From Nymphaea colorata (Eukaryota), in assembly GCF_008831285.2 (NCBI RefSeq), contig NC_045138.2, positions 21,080,001-21,144,000 of the forward strand: 64,000 nt of DNA, written 5' to 3'. The position numbers and the translations under genes were made by a program. Shown here piece after piece: positions 55,621 to 64,000 of the stretch. Position 1 is the stretch's first letter, and every line of letters begins with the position of its first letter. The notes below the pieces were generated by a model. It was not told where the DNA came from, did not search any database, and saw only the letters and a list, made by a program, of their open reading frames with translations.

Positions 55621-58600
55621 GAAGTAATGATGAGTGTCGCCCATGGGGGAGGAGGGAGGGAGACGATTGAGAATCTTGGTATTGTTTTAAAAAGGAGAGG
55701 GAAGGAAACCCAGTTCTCTAATGATGGTTTTTCTCCTTTTCTTCTCTCTCTCTCTCTCTGTCTAGATGGGATTTTCCTCCTTTTTCTTTCCTCTTTTTCT
55801 GTTTCTTCGGTTTCTGGAAGGGAGGGGAAGGGATGACAGCGATGGTGGTGGTAGTGCTGCTGCTCCTGCTCCTGCTGCCGGTGGTGGTGGTGGTGAGGTT
55901 CAAGATTTCTCAGGTTGGTGGACGAGGAAGGAATGATGGTAGTTTATGGGGAGGAGAGAGAGAGGCAGAGGGTTTTTGACCGGCCGGAGTTTCGAAGAGA
56001 GATCATGGAGATTCTGGTTGGACGTCGGGCAGAGGGAAAAATTGATCGAGGGAAAAAGGAAGGTGGGGGAGAGAGGAATGTGGGGTTGGACGTCCTGGCT
56101 GGGGAAGATCAGAGGGGAAGGGGCGAGGGCTTGTTTTTTCCTTTTGATTCTGCCTGCCTGCCTGCCGGAAACAATTAAATGTGTGCCGAGGGGTGAGGAG
56201 GGGACCCACCCCAAATCATGCCCCCGTTCTGTGGGGCCCTGCCCGAGCCTACTCTGCATCTCCACCGTCCATTGCTTGCGTTCAACGGTGAGAGATTCAG
56301 AGTTGTACATGCGTGTTGTAGGGTCGGATGAAGAATATATGCTCGAGTGTCTCTCCAGCCGGCCAGCCAGCCAAAGGGAAAGAGAGAGAGAGAAGGAGAG
56401 GCTTCTGTACTTGGGTATTTGTAAAATTTCACAAAGTGGGGATTGACTGAAAGTGGGGTTTGTGATGGAATGTGTGTGAACGTAGCGCCTTTTTAGGCTT
56501 TTAGTTCGAAGAAGATGAAGAAGGAGAGGAAGAAGAAAGAGGAGGAAGGAGGAGAAGAAGGGAAAAGAAAATAGTTGGAAAAAGGAAAAGTTGGTGTATC
56601 GGCATTATGAGGAAGATACATGATGATGATGATGGTCTTTTTGGTGTTTTTGGTGGTTGGTATTGCCACTCTGCCCCCCTTCTCATCCTTCCTCTTCCCC
56701 TTTCTCTGTCTTTGTTCCTCTGAGATTCCATTCCATGTGAATTTCGAAATAATTTACAATAATTGCTCCTTTTTTGTAAATGGTGTTAATTTCTTGTCTC
56801 TGCCATCTTGTGAGGAGAGTGATGGGGATGGAGCTGTCTCCCTCTCTCTCTCTTCCTTCTTCTCTGCTCTTTGAGTGGTTGCAGCCCTGCGCCTGGATTT
56901 TAGCTCAAGGACAGGAAAAGCCCTTTATTTCGGGGAAGGTTTCTTGACTCGAGCAAAGGAGAGAAGAGGGGAGGGGAAGTTGTAGTCGATGAGGCAGAGG
57001 AAGTGGCCCTCAGCATTAGATTTGACAGGGAGGTTGGGCCCCCACCATGGGAATTGTTTATGCGAATGTTCTTTGTTTTCTGAACTCCTTAATTAATAAG
57101 GAAGCAGGAGTTTCGAGAGAAGCAAAGGCGGGGGGACTCTCTGGTCCTTTCTCTCTTTCTGGTCGAAGTGAGAACATGGAAGACTGGTTGGTTGCTGCTT
57201 GAATGAATCCTTTTCTTCCCTCCTTTCTCTTTTCTACCGCCCTGCTCCCTTCACCTCACCTCTCTGCTGCTACTCTCTTTTTCACAATTCAGTATTATAC
57301 TGTACATGTAGTATTATACTGTAAAGTGCAGTACATATATTTGTATTCTCACACTAACAATGGTTTCTAACTTGTGTGTACACGTTAACCATTTAAAGCC
57401 AGACAAACATTTATGGCTTTGTCATCAACCCAACTCCTTTCCTCAAGGTGGTTTCTTTCAGCCATAAAGATAAAGAGATTTAAAAAAAGAGGAAGGTCCA
57501 AATAGATGGAAGTCTGCATCTGTCTACACCCACAAAGGGTGCCTGCAGTTATATCCGATGTTCAGCCGAGAGAAAGAGAGAGTATTGATCTTTTGGTTCT
57601 CATATTTAGCCACTTTGACTCCTAATTTTTTTAACTTTTAGAAGCAAAGGAGGCAGCAGCAGGACCTTTTGTTTTAAGTGTTGCTACCAACCAAGGAAAA
57701 AGGCTAGTGGGATGAAAAGTCAGTGGGTGGCAATGGTGTATCTAATCTGGGGCGTTAAAACTGATTCTTTGATTTGATGTGGGGGCTGTTATTTTAAGGT
57801 AGGTGCTCGTGGGGAGGAGAGAGAGAGAGAGCTGCTTTCTTTTCTTCTTCTTCTCTCTCTCTCTCTTTTCTCCTGGATATCTAGTTTGCCTTATTAAACT
57901 TGTTGGCCATCTCCCCCAAATATTATTTTTGATAAGTGCTCGAAAGTGCCTTTAAGAAGAAGGGGATTATGCCCAAGATAAAAGGTTTTATTTAATCAAT
58001 AAAAGCTACCTTTTGACTGCATTCATATTTGTTGAAGATCATGAGTGGCTTTGCTAATTGGGAAGACAGGCCGCTCGTGGATTCCCACCACCGATGCCCC
58101 CCCTCTCTCTCTCTCTCTCTCTCTCTTACACACACACCCATGCACACACACACTACTTCATTGCGGGCATACACACACACACACGCACAAGATAAACATA
58201 TCTTAAGAGGATGAAGGCTAAAAGATGCTGCTTTACCTTTCCAACTAAAAGAATCAAGGCATATATTTAGATACACACAGAGGACCTCTAAGAAAAGAGA
58301 AGCTTGTAGGCTGTAATTCCATATTTTAGGATTGATATCAAGCATGTCTGCTTTCAACAACTACCATATCCTAGCTCAATGTTGAGCTCCCAATTACAGT
58401 TTTCCCCTTCTTTTTTTTGTTCCAAAGGACTCATGGCATAGGATTCTTTAATTTAGCTGGCTTTCTTAATTTGATCTCCCTCGTTAAAAGCCTCTGAATC
58501 AGATCTTTTGGCAAAGTAGAGGAGATCTTATAAAAATAATCTAACATCAATAGTACAAAATGACAGCTATTTACGATTCTTCTGGCGGAACTTGATCAAA

Positions 58601-60462
58601 AGCCTATTCTTAGCTCCCCCTTTTCCGTGGACATAACATTTATAAACTCAGTTAGACAATGGGTAGAATCAAATTTGTTGAGTTCATTTGATATAATGGT
58701 CAAGGACCCATGTTGCTTAGGCCCCAAATTGGACCTTCAATGGACTCTTTGTTTGATCTAAGCCATTGGACGTGTTTCTTGCTGTCTATCCACTAAACTA
58801 CATGACTTTTTAGAATTCATTCTACAGCTAAGGTACTATCTTTGTGAATCAACGCAGGACACCTGACTTTCGATCAAATTTTAACCTGAGCGAATAGGTT
58901 TATATCTATCTTTCTTACAGGGTGGAGTATGCATATTAGACTTTATGCACAAGATAAGTTATAGAGACATAACTACATACATATGATAGAAAGAAAGAAG
59001 TTTGTGTTAGCAGAAAGAAGGATTTTGAAATCACAACAGCAAAGATTTCTGTAACTGTGAAGGAATTAAGATCAAAGATGGCTACAATTTTGAGTAACAG
59101 AAAATTCCTTCCCAACAAAGAAAGTTTGGGTGCAGTGAAAAAAGAAAAGAAAGATATCTATTCAACAGAAACCAACGATAATCAGGGAAGGAATATGAGC
59201 ACCGATTTGAATAATCCAGCTTCATGTAAATATATAAGGAAACTGTAACACGAGATGTATATGTTAAAGGCTCTCACAGAGCTGAACCAGAATCACGTTC
59301 TCTGCTGTTTTCTTTCTTTGCTGTCATCCCATTTTTTTAGTTTGTACTCATTATAGAAATTTTGTTATATTGATGAATTCTTTCTTTGCTGCCATCCCCA
59401 TTTCAGGTCTCCCCTTGAATGACACAAAGTTCGTTAGATCTTGGTCTTTTTACTGCAGGAGTCTTGTATATTAAATTATTAATCTATCACATAAAAATGA
59501 ATGGTAGATTCGGATGGGTGTAATAGATACGTGTCTTCCAATGTTCAATAGTAAAGTCTGTTCAGCACCTGTAAAGTTGAACATCTGTTCCTGTTCTAAG
59601 AGTCTCGTAAACCAACACGCAATGATGCTGTGTCTGGTCTTTCCCAAAAGGAAGTCTTCTTGGCATAATCAGGGGATGCAATTTAGGGTGCCATTGGAAT
59701 CCATGGACTGATTTTTATGCAATGAGCTCTTCAATTGTGAAGTGACTTGAGCTGCTATTTGTTAGGAAAGAAATCCGGAGTGTCATCGATGGCAACAGCT
59801 GGAAAAAGCAAGAATTTATTGATGAGGATCTAAATGAGAAACAGAGGGTTGTCAAAGATATATACGAATCATGCAGCAAGGACTATGGTTGTAAAAGTCT
59901 GTATCAATATATCAGATATTAAAATAGGTATGTATGGTCAAGTGATAAATTGAACGGCCCTCTCTCTAAAAAATTTTGGGGGTCTAGGGCTGCTTAAGCG
60001 TCACGCACCCGCCTTTTGCAGTTTAAGAGAGTAACAGCCACAGAAATTGAATTGATGAGCAACTTTTCACTGTCTAACCAGTCCGACCAGCTACACTACA
60101 CCCATCAGGTCAGCGCTAGTAAAAGTAGATATAAACACCTAGAAAAGTAATTGGTCACAAAAAGTGTTTCATCAACTAAAAGTTCAACTAAAATGTAAGC
60201 AAAAGTAATGTCAAACTGATAGTTGAGGTGCCACATACAACATTGTATGTCGAATGAGGATCAACACCAGATTCTTGCATTTCTCAAATTGCTTCTGATC
60301 TAATAAGACTGAAAATAAGATCAACATCACATCAGATGGTCCCAATTGCCCAAAGTTCCAAATAGCCATTAAAATATATGATAAGAGACCCATGATTTGA
60401 TTAAATGGTCGATAATAGTGGAATTCAATGACACCAACTACCAAAACCCATATCCTTTTCAT

Positions 60463-60654
60463 CAGCGGCGGAGCTACATGTGGGCTTGCATGGGCATTTG
60501 CCCACACAGTGCCACAAAATTTAGTTATCTATATATTGGTTGTTCTTAAATAATTTGTTTTTTTATGCATTGGTGTCCCTCAATCATGTATTTGAATGAT
60601 CTAACATTCTTTGCATTAGTTTTTCTCAGCCAAAAGTTTCTGGTTCAGCCACTT
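60463..60654. mobile_element. hAT-type MITE (CAGTGGCGGA family), degenerate
   Basis: Starts CAGCGGCGGAGCTACATG (similar to the 20518 copy) and ends GGTTCAGCCACTT. Flanks CTTTTCAT / CTTTTAGT (6/8). Confidence 0.6.
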
Positions 60655-61319
60655 CTTTTAGTCAAATTGCAATATACAATTCAAATTAAGACAAGATGGA
60701 GCAACTGGAAGATCACAACATTATCACTAAATCTAGTAGGGACGTCAGATAGATGGGGAACTTGAGCGAACATAACATGCAATACTTATTTAGGGGAAAC
60801 TGCCTTCGGCATAAATATTCTTAGGGCCATACCTTTATGCCACCAAGGCTCTGGCTTGTTACGAGGCTTGGGTGGACTTACAGTACATTTTCAACTCAGT
60901 TGTCGTGTTTGCCATCATTTGCAACCTAAAAGAATAATTCACCGGTCCATCAGTATGAGCCACCTTACCACCCGATTGTGCTACGCTCCTTCAGGGACCC
61001 TATCTTAGATTTATTCAAATTCGATCATACACCTACATTTCAGCTGCATCACATCTTCACAAAATCCAATAATCAGTGAAAACTTTCTTTGCAAAAGGCA
61101 AGCAATGTTAAGGACAAGAGGAATGGCAGCCAGCTTCATAAACTCCACAGACCTCACTCCAAGAAATAAAAGAAAAAGAGAAGACCATGTTCCTAGCCAC
61201 TTGGAATTATCCTCCATTCTGCAATTGGAAGAGGCACAATCTCCCCACTTAAAGTTTTTATGATGAAAACCAACTAAACTGAGTTTTTTTTAGCATATTT
61301 TTTAAAGAGAATTTAGTCC

Positions 61320-61720
61320 ATCCACTTTTTTGGATATTCATGTATTTAGATTCAAATTCAGATTCAAATTCAAATAAAGAAAAGTCATATCTAAATCCGA
61401 ATCCAAAAGCTGATTTTACAATCTGAATCCGATTTTTATATTCATATCGGAATCCAAATCCAAGTTTTGAACTGGATTTTGCCAATTATCAAAATTTAAT
61501 AGCATTAGATACATGACATTTGTTTAAAAATGAATCCTATCCGAATTTGTATCTAAATCCGATCGAATATTTATGTATATCCGAATCCAATTGGATGTCA
61601 TTTATTAAATCCGAATCTGATCTGATTTCTTAATTGGATATTAATTTATTTTTCATATCCGATTTTTTCTGATCGGTTTGGTCAGATATTTGATTCAAAT
61701 CGAACATATTGACATCCCTA
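61320..61720 (-). mobile_element. hAT-type MITE, ATCCGA-repeat family (truncated)
   Basis: Ends TTGACATCCCTA at 61720, with many ATCCGA/ATCCAA subterminal motifs. Homologous to the 41646 copy. Left end approximate. Confidence 0.65.
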
Positions 61721-62689
61721 ATTACTTTTTTAGACTACAAATAGTGGATGTTATACTTATTTCACTTTCTACCCGGGTATCTAGAGACAAAAGAAAAAGG
61801 AAATGAGTTTCTGTCTCTTCGAGGTATCACCCACCGTCTTTTTTCCACTTTTTTTATTCAAAGGTACTGTAGTCATTTGAACGAAATAGTGAGCTGCATA
61901 ACTGTTTTGAGTTGTAGAAAAAACCATATGGTGAATATCATCCTAAGAAAATATCGGGCCGGATTGGCAGGCAAAAACTTTAAAAATTTATATCTAAATT
62001 TTAGAAATTTTAGTTTAGTTTAAAATTTTCTATTTTAACCCCTGTAAAATTTTGAAACTATAATTTGGCCCCGGGAAAAAAAAAATTCTAGCTTCACCCA
62101 TGTTCCCATGGGTATTACTTTTTTAAACTACACAATGTCTCAAACTAACGGTATAGCATAGGTCTTCCCAAGTCTGAAAGCATGCCGGGGCAAGAAGAAG
62201 AGAGATGATTCATGCCCTTCTTTTGGCTGGTTCTACTTCTGCTTAACTCAAGATAATAGCATAAAAATGACTGCATTTTTTTTTTGGGGGTTGGGGGTTG
62301 AGGGATTATACTGATATCTTATACAAATTTGAGAGCTTAACTATATTTTTTACACATTTTTGGAGTGGTATATTTTCTATTTCAAGAAAGCTAGTGGTTT
62401 CTAGGAAAACTTTTTAACCTGCCCTCTATTTGCTTCCCCGTTTGCCATCAAGGACCTTTCTTCGACAAAAGTATACAAACAACATAACATATAATTTCAT
62501 TGCAAATTCACACATACAAGTTATAAAGCTGCATTTTAGTTGTTCCTCGTTGACGTCGGAGTCATAACGATAAATGTGTCGCTATACCAACATAATAAAC
62601 TGGAAGATTAGGAAAGAGAATGAGTTACTAATGAAGATAATAATGCCGAGTAGATTTGCTAATAAAACGACGGTTGGGCATGTCCTCCA

Positions 62690-62991
62690 GTGAAACGTAA
62701 CTTGTATTGACGGATTCATCCGTCAGTAAAACTTTAACCTCCACCGACAACATGCTACCACCAGTGAAAATCCTTTATTTATTGACAGTGTGTTGAGCCC
62801 GTCAGTAACGTGTAACTTTTGTCCGACGGATTGTTCAATACTCTCAGTAAAAATTATGTATTTCTAACGTTCTCCTCCTCCATGATAAAAACTTTGATTT
62901 ACTGACAAAGTCCACATCCTGTCGGTAGAATCGAACTATTGCTGACGGTTTGTTTTTCTACCATCAATAATAAGTGGATTTTTTTGTAGTC
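62690..62991. mobile_element. CACTA (En/Spm) terminal remnant
   Basis: Recurrent subterminal motifs CCGTCAGTAA / CCGACGGA / TGACGG in both orientations, ending in TTTTTTGTAGTC, a near match to the reverse complement of CACTACAAAAAA. Confidence 0.5.
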
Positions 62992-63473
62992 TCCGATGAC
63001 CTGAAACTTATGATATATTTTTAAACTATTGAAATAATAATCAACCCTGCCTGCCGAATAGAATTCTTGACCACCTTGCTCTATTGTTTCCATTGTGTTG
63101 TCTCAACATTAAATGAAAAAAAATTATTCTAAGTTGTTAATATAAAAATAAGTACATTTTGTGAATCTGAGTAAGTAATTGCCCACACGTTGCCCACACC
63201 TGCCTCTATCCTAAGTAGAATAGACTTTGATTTCCTCCCCGAAAAGTAGCTACTAGCGTGGCTTGCATCAACTCCTTCCCCTTATGCTGGGTCTTGTCCT
63301 TAAAACCAGGCTATGGAGCCGAAGCACCATTCAACCCTAGTCTTCATAAACTCTCATTAGCCTTATGATTTGAGTTTATGAAAGATATTAAATCATATCT
63401 CCGAGTATCCTCTATTGAGGGTTAACCACGTAAAGTTTTAAACAACCGTGATGCATGCAAGATTGGATGGACT

Positions 63474-63707
63474 CACTGGCGGAGCCAGAAAAATTTAGGC
63501 TGAAGGGCACTCATTGATCTCTAACTTAGCAGAATAAGTGATTGTTGACTCAAGTCCTGTGTGAGCATCACATGGAGCTGGATCTATCTCAACCTACTTC
63601 ATGGAGCTAGACCTATCTGAACCTAGGTCCAGCTTAATCACAATGCAAAATTTCAGAGGCTGGCGTGGGCAGTCGCCCACACCAGTCTCACAATAGCTCC
63701 GCTACTG
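63474..63707. mobile_element. hAT-type MITE, 234 bp
   Basis: Termini CACTGGCGGAGC ... GCTCCGCTACTG. Perfect 8-bp TSD GATGGACT at 63466-63473 and 63708-63715. Confidence 0.85.
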
Positions 63708-64000
63708 GATGGACTCATGCTTGTGAAAGCAAATCAGCTTATAGGTTGTGTTTCCTATGACTTCTAGGACTTTATAAGAGACACAAAATCTAGGAAGAAG
63801 CTTGGAATAAACTGATTGAAAAGAGTTCATAATCAAATCCCTCGACATCAACAAATCTATTTTGCCTTATATTTTTGTTAAAATTGGGCTGTATTCTATG
63901 CTTTTCATAATCAAAATGTGTTCTTTCATATCGTTAGTATTTCATCATTCTCTCTTATTTTCTTGTTCACTATGGATTAATATTATATGGCCGCTCTTTA

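Noticed and set aside
54300..55670. Several long plus-strand ORFs over the BPS1-like gene
   Set aside because: Antisense shadows of a GC-rich coding sequence.

Overview
This window is AT-rich flowering-plant nuclear DNA. It has long GT-AG introns, many (TA)n/(GA)n microsatellites and dense MITEs. The divergent PAL fragment hints at an early-diverging angiosperm, but that is inference only. Four intact protein-coding genes can be reconstructed with phase-consistent splice sites: (1) plastid NFU2 Fe-S carrier (- strand, 4 exons, 230 aa); (2) a divergently oriented minimal GNAT acetyltransferase of the At1g77540 type (+, 2 exons, 117 aa); (3) a nuclear-type serine hydroxymethyltransferase, SHM6/SHM7(MSA1)-like (+, 4 exons, 593 aa); (4) a single-exon BPS1-like/DUF793 gene (-, 343 aa). 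The most striking unannotated signal is a 31-codon AUG-initiated upstream ORF with 9 cysteines (METANASFREFRCRCCRFLRCYCCCYCCPSD, 30424-30519) in the leader of the sulfur-homeostasis-linked SHM7-like gene. It is a candidate cysteine/sulfur-sensing leader peptide. Other notable items are an 855-bp non-autonomous hAT element with a perfect 8-bp TSD that has captured a PAL coding fragment, a ~930-bp array of 118-bp hairpin-forming units apparently amplified from a Tourist MITE, a young 89-bp tandem array, a minimal PBS-PPT retroelement core, and a GC-rich cryptic exon-like island in NFU2 intron 2.
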